Sequence record: OM728297.1
DNA length: 64,000 bases
Strand: one strand, 5' to 3'
Of the stretch, positions 47,941-55,999 are shown one piece after another. A program made the position numbers and the translations under genes. The notes under the pieces are model-generated. The model searched no databases and had not been told where the DNA came from. It saw nothing but the letters and a program-made list of their open reading frames with translations. Positions within the stretch are counted from its first letter, which is position 1. Every line of letters starts with the position of its first letter.

Positions 47941-48417
47941 ATGGGGGAAACTAAAATGATTCAAAAATTAATTAGTGGAGATTTCTTAAATAAAAAATTG
48001 GTATCTATCTCAAATATTCAACCGTATAATGTTCTTAATGAATATCTTGATAGAGAAAGTGTTTATGATGATTATCCTGTGGTAAGAAATAAAGGTGAAA
48101 TTGGTTTTACTGCAAAAGAGAGTGTTACATTTAAATTTGAGAATGATGTATGCTTAAACGTATTTGCCTTTTCAAGTGATGATCCAAAAATGGATTATAG
48201 TGTAACTGACTATAACGAAAATGATATCAGTATTAATTCACTAATTGGTAAGAAAATTAAGACATTTAGACAAATTGGGGAACAGGAATTTATTCTTATT
48301 TTTGAAGATAAATTAGAGGTTTATGTGGGAATTGATGATGGCATGTTAAATTGGGAAATTACTAAAGATGGTTCTTACTTTATAGAAAGAGATAAAGATT
48401 TGCTTGTTGCTAATTAA
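47941..48417 (+). CDS. Hypothetical protein
   Basis: 158-aa ORF. Confidence 0.7.
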   Translation: MGETKMIQKLISGDFLNKKLVSISNIQPYNVLNEYLDRESVYDDYPVVRNKGEIGFTAKESVTFKFENDVCLNVFAFSSDDPKMDYSVTDYNENDISINSLIGKKIKTFRQIGEQEFILIFEDKLEVYVGIDDGMLNWEITKDGSYFIERDKDLLVAN

Positions 48418-48486
48418 ACGTATTAAAATGATTAACTAAACATATATTATCTTCCTGATATTAACGAAATATTAGGAGGATAATAT

Positions 48487-48678
48487 ATGAAAAATTTTGA
48501 GAGTTTCTTTGTAAAGATATTACTATTAGTTTCAACATTCTTTTTGTCTATTTTTGCATATTATTATATGGATTCTGGAAAAGAGCTTATTACAGTATTA
48601 CTTATATATCTCCCATTTGCTTTTGCAGTTTTATGGTCTGAAATAGTAAATTATTATAAAAATAAAAAACCGTATTAA
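48487..48678 (+). CDS. Small two-TM membrane protein
   Basis: AGGAGG SD, two hydrophobic segments, TATATTAT at 48443. Confidence 0.7.
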   Translation: MKNFESFFVKILLLVSTFFLSIFAYYYMDSGKELITVLLIYLPFAFAVLWSEIVNYYKNKKPY

Positions 48679-48740
48679 ACTGATCAAGCAAATATATATT
48701 ATAATTGTGATATAATTAAAAATAAAGGGAGAGATATATA

Positions 48741-48929
48741 ATGATTGAAAGTTTACAGAGAAAATTTAAATGGTTCAAAATAATAATGACTATTAGTACT
48801 ATTATTGGACTATTTATAGTATTAGGGATCCTATTTAGATTTGTATTAGCAATATTATTTTCTAAATTATTTTGGATGGCTTTGATTATTGGATTCTTAG
48901 TATATGTGATTACTAAAAGTAAAAAATAA
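48741..48929 (+). CDS. Small two-TM membrane protein
   Basis: Two hydrophobic segments, TATATTAT at 48695. Confidence 0.7.
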   Translation: MIESLQRKFKWFKIIMTISTIIGLFIVLGILFRFVLAILFSKLFWMALIIGFLVYVITKSKK

Positions 48930-48946
48930 AAGTTATATAAAGGAGA

Positions 48947-49327
48947 ATGAATAAAATGAACTCAAGTAATTATGCGGTAGTAAGAGATTTAGAAAAAGAA
49001 GAGATTTTAATTGAAGAGAGAAAGATAAAAATTGAAAATTTCTTGAGTAACTTATATAATTATGCATTCTTATCATTAATTGTAATTACAGTTATTATTT
49101 GTTCTTGGAAGATGATTGATAACCATAATATCAATGTGCAATTTAATGATGCAAAGAAAGAAGAGATTGTGATTCAAAATGGGGAAACATTATGGACAAT
49201 TGTTGATAAAACTAATTTCCAAAATGATTTAGATAAAGAAACTATTATCAGAAAAATTAGGGAAATAAATAATATGTCTACTAGTGATATTGTTGCTGGA
49301 GAAACTTTAGTTATTCCAGTTAAATAA
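48947..49327 (+). CDS. YneA-like single-TM protein with C-terminal LysM domain
   Basis: TM AFLSLIVITVIICSW, then IVIQNGETLWTI..INNMSTSDIVAGETLVIP. Confidence 0.7.
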   Translation: MNKMNSSNYAVVRDLEKEEILIEERKIKIENFLSNLYNYAFLSLIVITVIICSWKMIDNHNINVQFNDAKKEEIVIQNGETLWTIVDKTNFQNDLDKETIIRKIREINNMSTSDIVAGETLVIPVK

Positions 49328-49353
49328 TAAATAAAATATGGGAGTGTTGTACT

Positions 49354-49731
49354 ATGAAGCAAACAATTTTTAGCATTCAGGGGCATTCAAATTATATAGA
49401 TAATGGGGTTAATATTCCTCTTTCCTATGATGGAGATTTTGGAGGTAAGGATTTTGAACTTCAATTATTTGGTACAGCTCTCAATATTATATTAAATAAA
49501 GATTATAATTTTACACAATATCTAGAGTACATTGAACATTTTTCAGAGGATACTGAAATTAGTAAATTCTTTAACTCAAATGTGAATGATATTAAATCTT
49601 TAGTATTTCCTTGGAAGGGTAATGAGATTAGATTTGAAGTTTCTTTAGTAGGTGGAAGAATTTATTATTCAATTGGTTTAAATGGTAAGTCATATGGATT
49701 AGAAATAGAAGAAGTAGTAACAAATAATTAG
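49354..49731 (+). CDS. Hypothetical protein
   Basis: 125-aa ORF with GGGAG SD. Confidence 0.7.
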   Translation: MKQTIFSIQGHSNYIDNGVNIPLSYDGDFGGKDFELQLFGTALNIILNKDYNFTQYLEYIEHFSEDTEISKFFNSNVNDIKSLVFPWKGNEIRFEVSLVGGRIYYSIGLNGKSYGLEIEEVVTNN

Positions 49732-49733
49732 AT

Positions 49734-49770
49734 AATAATGAGAGCATGGGCTCTCATTATTTTTTTTTTT
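49734..49770. terminator. Bidirectional terminator
   Basis: ataatgagagc atgg gctctcattat plus T-run between convergent genes. Confidence 0.8.
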
Positions 49771-51046
49771 ATATTTTTATAATTTCATCATCACTTACAC
49801 TAGACATTGCCTTATCTTTAAGATCACCTAACTTTAAAAATTTATGGACATTTTTAATATTTTTTATATTTAATGTATCACTATTTAAAAGATTATCTAT
49901 TTCATTAAGATGTCTCTTTATTTCATCTTTTTGTTGTTTAGATAATTCTTTGTTATTCTTTAATTCACTATCTAATTTTTTATACATAAAAATAATTCTC
50001 TTATAAATAGTTGGGTGTGGATCAAAAAAATATGCTATTAAACTTGTTTGCATTTCAAATAGATTTAAATAACCAAGTAATACATTTTCTTTTTTTGATC
50101 CATAGGGAATATTAGCTAATGCTGTAGTTAAATTTGTTCCATAACCATAGATTACTGCAAAATTATCTGCAAACTTTTCAGCATCATAAGATTTATATCT
50201 TACATTATCTGCAAGTAAAAATAGGTTTGTTACGATTTTACTTGGAAAGGAGCTAATATTCGTTCTTATATTATTTACCATGTTCACACCAGTCATAATT
50301 GGTATTTCATCTATAATAGTTTTATTAATCTTTGATAGTTTTGAATACACTTTATAAGAAATGTCGAAATTATTTACCTTCTTTTCAATTATAGATGCTT
50401 TTTTAGGTGAAAATAATGAAACAGTTGATATAACAACCTGATAAAAAGATTTTAAAAAATAGTTACTAAATGCAATTAAAAATTTATTATCCATTTTCTT
50501 TTTTTCTTTTTTACTTTTAGAAATATAAGTAACAGACTTAGAGAATTGTTTCATTATTGAATATATTGTACTAATTACTCCAAATGCCCGACTAATGTAT
50601 CTAGATGCATCAATAGTTTTAGTTAGATAAAAGAATTCATGTCCTATTTCATGAAGCAAGACTGCAATTATTTCCTCTTCTGTCTTTTCTCTTATTAAAT
50701 AAGAACTCATTCGTATAATGACCTCTTTATCTATTTTCCTTTTAAACCTAAAACCAGTATTAGTTTTTATAATACTATAATATTTCTCATCTTTTTTGAA
50801 TTCATTAAAACTAAGGAAAGATGTTACACTTGCACTTAATACGCCTTCTTCTGGTGTGATCATTAAATTAATATTTTTAATATTAAATAAGTTACCAATT
50901 TTTTTCTCAATTAGTTCTATCTCATCACATTTATTCGGATTCATACCTTTTTTCATTTTATTCTTCAATGAAGTTAAATATGTTTCAACTTCAATTAGAG
51001 TTTTATTTTTACCAAAGTAAGACTCCAATAGCAATGTCCTAACCAT
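49769..51046 (-). CDS. M48-like HExxH zinc metallopeptidase-domain protein, probably virion-associated
   Basis: AVLLHEIGHE, EKFADNFAVIYGYG..L..AL, HPTIYKRI; late promoter motif upstream. Confidence 0.65.
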   Translation of the reverse strand: MVRTLLLESYFGKNKTLIEVETYLTSLKNKMKKGMNPNKCDEIELIEKKIGNLFNIKNINLMITPEEGVLSASVTSFLSFNEFKKDEKYYSIIKTNTGFRFKRKIDKEVIIRMSSYLIREKTEEEIIAVLLHEIGHEFFYLTKTIDASRYISRAFGVISTIYSIMKQFSKSVTYISKSKKEKKKMDNKFLIAFSNYFLKSFYQVVISTVSLFSPKKASIIEKKVNNFDISYKVYSKLSKINKTIIDEIPIMTGVNMVNNIRTNISSFPSKIVTNLFLLADNVRYKSYDAEKFADNFAVIYGYGTNLTTALANIPYGSKKENVLLGYLNLFEMQTSLIAYFFDPHPTIYKRIIFMYKKLDSELKNNKELSKQQKDEIKRHLNEIDNLLNSDTLNIKNIKNVHKFLKLGDLKDKAMSSVSDDEIIKI

Positions 51047-51074
51047 CTAAAAACCCCCTTAACATTTAATATCT

Positions 51075-51115
51075 TAATAAAATGTTTCCTAATATACATA
51101 GTAAACATTTTATTA
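51075..51115. promoter_or_regulatory. Divergent pair of identical late promoters AACAttttatTA (51075-51086 minus, 51104-51115 plus)
   Basis: Identical 12-mers in inverted orientation between divergent genes. Confidence 0.7.
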
Positions 51116-51142
51116 TAAACTGACAGGAGAGGAAGAAGTTTT

Positions 51143-52303
51143 ATGAATCACACTGTGATAAAAGATAACTTAGAAAAAGCTATTCATGTTGCTTTATCTG
51201 ATAAACATAATACTGACAAATTGAATCATATAGTTAAGAAATATATAGATCACAATAACCAAATATTATATGCAAATGCTCCATTACAACGACTTTATTT
51301 CTCTGATACTGATAGAAATCATATTTTTGAATTAACAGGAGTGAAGAAAAATTATATTGGGGAAATCATAAAGAAAGTTGATATGATTAAAAGTTCATGG
51401 AAAATTGTTAATAATCCATTCAATATTCTAATGGCAATGATTATCAGACAGTATTCTATTGATAAGAAAGAAGAGTCATTAAATAATTCTCTCCTTTACC
51501 TAACTCTTTCGCTTTATAGCTCGCTACATTATAAGTACTTTCAGTATATTCCGAATGAGAATGTTATGAATTATACAATTAATAACTTAAATAATAAATT
51601 TTTATTTAAACAGTATGGTGTAGTAATTAAAGCACTATTTCATACAGCTAATAAAACGTTAGAAAAATATGAAAAAGATTTAAAAAGAGGTAATGATGAA
51701 GATATAGTTAACTTTTTAATGTTTCTTCAGACACGTTTAAATAACTTAATGAAAAATTTTACTAGTGAATATATGAAGAATTATAAGAGTAAAAAGTATT
51801 TGAATACTGAAAAGGATAATACAGATGAAGATAATTTTTATGAAACTGATAATGTTTCATTAATGATATCTCGTCTAACTAGTCAAACGACTAATAAGTT
51901 TTATTCAGGAGATTTAAATGATAAGCTAATTAGAGTTTCATCTAAATTTAGTGATGTAAGTCCTATCACACTTAAATATGCTTTAGAAAGTATTAAAAAG
52001 AATGAGCGAGAAAAAGTTGAAAGCCTTATTCAATCTATTCTACAAGTATATTTGATTGACGGAAAGAATAGTTATGAAAGTATAGCTTCTCAGAGGTTTA
52101 TTGCATATTGTATATCCATATATTCTAAGAGTAATACAAAAGATGTGAATATTCTGAGAATTAAAAAACTCCTTGACTATTTTCTTAAGAATAATAGTAA
52201 TAAATACAGTGAAACTGAGAGGGAAGCTACTAGAATCAGTTATAGAAAAGCATTTTATATGTATATTGTATTATTTATCCAGCAAAATCAATTAAAACAC
52301 TAA
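51143..52303 (+). CDS. Hypothetical late (probably structural) protein
   Basis: 386 aa, late promoter upstream, terminator downstream. Confidence 0.7.
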   Translation: MNHTVIKDNLEKAIHVALSDKHNTDKLNHIVKKYIDHNNQILYANAPLQRLYFSDTDRNHIFELTGVKKNYIGEIIKKVDMIKSSWKIVNNPFNILMAMIIRQYSIDKKEESLNNSLLYLTLSLYSSLHYKYFQYIPNENVMNYTINNLNNKFLFKQYGVVIKALFHTANKTLEKYEKDLKRGNDEDIVNFLMFLQTRLNNLMKNFTSEYMKNYKSKKYLNTEKDNTDEDNFYETDNVSLMISRLTSQTTNKFYSGDLNDKLIRVSSKFSDVSPITLKYALESIKKNEREKVESLIQSILQVYLIDGKNSYESIASQRFIAYCISIYSKSNTKDVNILRIKKLLDYFLKNNSNKYSETEREATRISYRKAFYMYIVLFIQQNQLKH

Positions 52304-52306
52304 AAG

Positions 52307-52340
52307 GTAATTACTGTCAATCCAATTTGACAGTAATTAC
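52307..52340 (+). terminator. Intrinsic terminator
   Basis: 14-bp stem gtaattactgtcaa/ttgacagtaattac. Confidence 0.7.
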
Positions 52341-52352
52341 TTATTTCTCTTG

Positions 52353-52364
52353 AACATTACTATA
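52353..52364 (+). promoter_or_regulatory. Putative late promoter AACA-N6-TA
   Basis: AACAttactaTA at head of the 52389-60850 operon. Confidence 0.7.
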
Positions 52365-52388
52365 TAATTAATAAAGGAGTTGAAGAAT

Positions 52389-52730
52389 ATGCCAAGTAAT
52401 ACAGCTAAGGGATGGGAAGACCAATTATCATGGGATGATTCAACAAGTACAGATGGTGGTTCTTCCTCTATTACAATTGCACCTGAAGAACCAGTACAGC
52501 TTATCAGAGATCCAGAAACAAATCAAGTTACTAAGGTAGTTTATGGAAACATGTCTCGGATGATGGAAGGAGAACCTGTTGTCATGTGGTCAGAAGAAAT
52601 TCTTCGTGATGAGGAAACTGGTCAAGTAATTGGTATTAGAACTGTTAGACCTAATGGAACCTCTACAGTTGAAACTATTCTTCGTGATGAAAATGGCATG
52701 TTTCTTGGTACAGAATTGAAATATGAATAG
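52389..52730 (+). CDS. Hypothetical acidic beta-rich protein (late module gene 1)
   Basis: AAAGGAG before ATG 52389. Confidence 0.75.
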   Translation: MPSNTAKGWEDQLSWDDSTSTDGGSSSITIAPEEPVQLIRDPETNQVTKVVYGNMSRMMEGEPVVMWSEEILRDEETGQVIGIRTVRPNGTSTVETILRDENGMFLGTELKYE

Positions 52731-52742
52731 AGGTGATATAAG

Positions 52743-53444
52743 TTGGGTTTACCAAGTTTAATTATAAACTTTGAAGAGATTAAGGATCCAATTATTAGAG
52801 CTATTAATGAAGCAGCAATTTCAGTATCAGTTGGTGATGTAACTCTAGATTCTTCTTCTATTACAATTGATACAACTGAAATTGAAAAGTCTTTAGATGA
52901 TATCCTATCTAAATTAGGAACTGTTGATAGTAATGTTAGATTAGTTCAGGATGCTAGTAAAAATATTCTTAATAGTTTAATTGCTCATGATAATAATCTT
53001 AAAAATTCAATGGATCAATTAGGAACTAAACTTGACAATATATTAAGTACAACTACGAATATGTTTAATATATTAGAAGAAATTAAGAAACAATTGGCAA
53101 CTGAAGGAAATCAAAGAGCTATTGGATACTCACTTGCAGTTCCAAGTGTAGCTGGTAGTTACACAAAAGTTTTTACTAGTGATAAAGATACTATTTTAAC
53201 TGGGATAACTATCTCTCAATCAGCATGGAATAACAATGATAAATGGTCTCTAAAAATTGGTGATTTTATTATGTTTGATAGAATTTATACTAAAAATCGT
53301 GGAGAGCATAAAGAATTAAAGAAATTCTTTCCAGTACCAGCTAATACACCAATAACATTTCAATTTGATAATACTAGTAGTGCCAATAGTAAATATGTAT
53401 GGTTTGATATCGACTATATTGAAATTGATAAACCTACAGTTTGA
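52743..53444 (+). CDS. MGLPS-family protein 1 (coiled coil + C-terminal beta-sandwich)
   Basis: MGLPSLIIN..QSAW..DKWSL..VPANTPITF..WFDIDY. Confidence 0.8.
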   Translation: MGLPSLIINFEEIKDPIIRAINEAAISVSVGDVTLDSSSITIDTTEIEKSLDDILSKLGTVDSNVRLVQDASKNILNSLIAHDNNLKNSMDQLGTKLDNILSTTTNMFNILEEIKKQLATEGNQRAIGYSLAVPSVAGSYTKVFTSDKDTILTGITISQSAWNNNDKWSLKIGDFIMFDRIYTKNRGEHKELKKFFPVPANTPITFQFDNTSSANSKYVWFDIDYIEIDKPTV

Positions 53445-53460
53445 TTAGGAGGTAACTTAA

Positions 53461-54153
53461 ATGGGGCTTCCTTCTTATATAATAAACTATAATGACTCTG
53501 CAAAATATATTCAGGAGGCTATTAGAGATGCTAGATTATCTTTATCCATAAGTGATGTTAATATGGATAAAGTCACTGAAGCTATATTAAATACTTCAGT
53601 AGTTGAAGGCAAATTAAGCTCGATAGTTGATATAAATGATGTTATTAATCAGACTATTTCTAATTTATCATCCGATATTGAAAATATATCTGACTTCATT
53701 ATTACAACAAGTGAAGAAAATAAAGAAATAATAAATCAAATTGAAACTAAATTAAAATCTCAGTTAGATATTACAAAAAGTATTAAAGATACAGTATCTG
53801 GCATAGCTGATAAGCTAAGTCCTCAAGGAGAACAAAGAATTAAAGGCTTCTATGAATATGTTCCTCCTATAAGAGAAGATTTTATATTAGAGTTTATACA
53901 GAACAGAGATATTGAACTAACAGCAATTTCTATGTCCCAAATAGGTTGGAAATATGAAGATACCTATGATTTAATAGTTGGTGAAGATATTATATTTAGT
54001 AATATCTCTACAAAAGAAGTTGCCCAAAAAAAGAAATTTAATAAAGGACTAAAAGTACCTGCTAATACTTCTATAAAATTTATTCTTCATAATAATAGTG
54101 GTAATAGTAGACAGATGTGGTTAGATATAGAATATTTAATAAAACCACAATAA
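53461..54153 (+). CDS. MGLPS-family protein 2
   Basis: MGLPSYIIN..QIGW..DTYDL..VPANTSIKF..WLDIEY. Confidence 0.8.
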   Translation: MGLPSYIINYNDSAKYIQEAIRDARLSLSISDVNMDKVTEAILNTSVVEGKLSSIVDINDVINQTISNLSSDIENISDFIITTSEENKEIINQIETKLKSQLDITKSIKDTVSGIADKLSPQGEQRIKGFYEYVPPIREDFILEFIQNRDIELTAISMSQIGWKYEDTYDLIVGEDIIFSNISTKEVAQKKKFNKGLKVPANTSIKFILHNNSGNSRQMWLDIEYLIKPQ

Positions 54154-54170
54154 GGAGGTTTATTCATTAA

Positions 54171-54857
54171 ATGGGAATGCCTTCTCATATTATTAATCGT
54201 GAAGATCTAGAACAAATAATTATTCAGGCTCTTAATTCTAACAGTTTAAAAGTCAATTTAACAGGTTTAAAACTTCCAGAGACAGTTATTTCAGGAAATA
54301 CAGAAGGTATTGAAACCGGAATGAAATCAATATTAGATGCATTGAATACACAGTCTCAGAATGCTCAAGATTTATTTATGTCTGTCAGTAACTTATTAGC
54401 GAATACTACTATAGTTGAGGACTTATATATTGACAGATTATATGATTTGTCATTATTAGTTTCAAAATTAATTGCTGAAGAATTAGAGATAAATGAATTA
54501 TTAAATAAAATAAAAGATTATTTATCTCTAAAAGGAATTGATAAGTCAGTTAGTATTCGTAAAGATATTCCAAGTGTTAATGGAACCTACTATTTGAATT
54601 GTAAAGTTTCTGAAGAATCAAATATAACTAAAATTACAAGTTTTCAAAATCAATATGATTTTTCAGACTGTTGGGATTTAAGAGTTAATGGAGTAACTGT
54701 GTTTGAAAATGTTTTTTCTAAGGGAATTGAACAAAGAAAATATTTTTCTTCACCTTTAAAAGTTATTCCTACTGATAGAGTTGAATTCTTATTTTATAAT
54801 AATAGTGGAAAACAAAAAACTATATATTATGATATTGATTTTCTCACTATTAGCTAA
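54171..54857 (+). CDS. MGLPS-family protein 3
   Basis: MGMPSHIIN..DCWDL..F.FYNNSG..YDIDF. Confidence 0.8.
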   Translation: MGMPSHIINREDLEQIIIQALNSNSLKVNLTGLKLPETVISGNTEGIETGMKSILDALNTQSQNAQDLFMSVSNLLANTTIVEDLYIDRLYDLSLLVSKLIAEELEINELLNKIKDYLSLKGIDKSVSIRKDIPSVNGTYYLNCKVSEESNITKITSFQNQYDFSDCWDLRVNGVTVFENVFSKGIEQRKYFSSPLKVIPTDRVEFLFYNNSGKQKTIYYDIDFLTIS

Positions 54858-54887
54858 TTTCCTAGCTAAATAATACCCCATTAATGG

Positions 54888-54931
54888 AAGGAGGAAGTTA
54901 CTACTATTATAATAGTAGTAGCAAAAATAAT
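54888..54931 (+). promoter_or_regulatory. SD (AAGGAGG 54888-94) separated from ATG 54932 by a 26-nt hairpin (54897-54922)
   Basis: gttactactatt|at|aatagtagtagc stem; no other SD near ATG 54932. Confidence 0.55.
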
Positions 54932-55975
54932 ATGGCTTTAGTAGATTACAATCTTAGAAGCAATGATAAGTTCTACTACACAGAGGGTTCTACTTCTGTC
55001 GGTGATCTTATTAAAAATGTAGCCAATGAATTTGTTACAAAAGCTGGAACTGAGTATGCATGGACATTAGAATCACCATCAGCTATTTCTAGTGTTACAA
55101 ATAAGGTAATATTATCTACAACAACTTCATTTGGAAAAACTTTCTATTTAAAAATCTTTAGACCAGAGACTACAGATGCAAATAATGTAGTCTCAGTTCC
55201 ACTTACTTATGTAAATATGGCAATCGGCACTGAATTTAATGCTGAAACTGAGGATTTAGTAGAAGGTAAGGTATCACCAGTAACTAAATTATCTTGGTAT
55301 AAAGATGATATTGATCCAAGTATCAAGTCATGGCTACCAGTTTCATATTGGATGAATATTACAAAAGATGCAGTTAACCTTGTATTCCGTGGAGATCCAT
55401 CTGCTGATAATTATCCATATAAAAAATTCTTGGTAGGTTATGCATATATTGGTGCAGTTACACCATTAGAAGATGGTCAATCACCAGATGTAGAATATAA
55501 CTTTGGTATTACTACTTCTTCTGCAAGCGAACCATTAATGAGCAATGCTTATGGACCAAGAACTGGTACAGGAATCACTGATATCTTGATGGTAGCAAAC
55601 AAAATTGGTATGCCATATCAACCACACTATCCATCATTCTATGGTTCTAATCAGTTTATGGATAAGATGAATATTGAGGGTTCACGTTGGAACAATCAAA
55701 AACATCAATTTTCAGATATTACTGTTACTCACTCTATTGATATGGAACGTGGTAAAATGCAGAATATCCTAGTTGGTGATAATTCAGCTCTTTATGATAA
55801 TGATAAACTTGTATACAAAGAAGGTACTACAGAACAATTAACTTATAAGAAATTCCAGATTTCCGCACCTTATAGTTTCCTAAACAATAGTTCTAATACA
55901 CAATATTGTATTGCGATTAGATGCTATAATCCAGATGGTATTTCAAAAGTTGAAGATGGTACTACTGCTAGTTAA
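54932..55975 (+). CDS. Uncharacterised late-module protein (ATG 54932)
   Basis: FYYTEG..LSWYK..WLPVSYW..RGDPSAD..ANKIGMPYQPHYP..DMERGKM; the track's 16-aa N-terminal extension is the SD/hairpin. Confidence 0.8.
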   Translation: MALVDYNLRSNDKFYYTEGSTSVGDLIKNVANEFVTKAGTEYAWTLESPSAISSVTNKVILSTTTSFGKTFYLKIFRPETTDANNVVSVPLTYVNMAIGTEFNAETEDLVEGKVSPVTKLSWYKDDIDPSIKSWLPVSYWMNITKDAVNLVFRGDPSADNYPYKKFLVGYAYIGAVTPLEDGQSPDVEYNFGITTSSASEPLMSNAYGPRTGTGITDILMVANKIGMPYQPHYPSFYGSNQFMDKMNIEGSRWNNQKHQFSDITVTHSIDMERGKMQNILVGDNSALYDNDKLVYKEGTTEQLTYKKFQISAPYSFLNNSSNTQYCIAIRCYNPDGISKVEDGTTAS

Positions 55976-55999
55976 TTAACAAGGGAGAGGATGTAGACT

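Noticed and set aside
54884-54931. MEGGSYYYYNSSSKNN as a real N-terminus
   Set aside because: It is the translated SD and palindromic hairpin; no SD precedes ATG 54884
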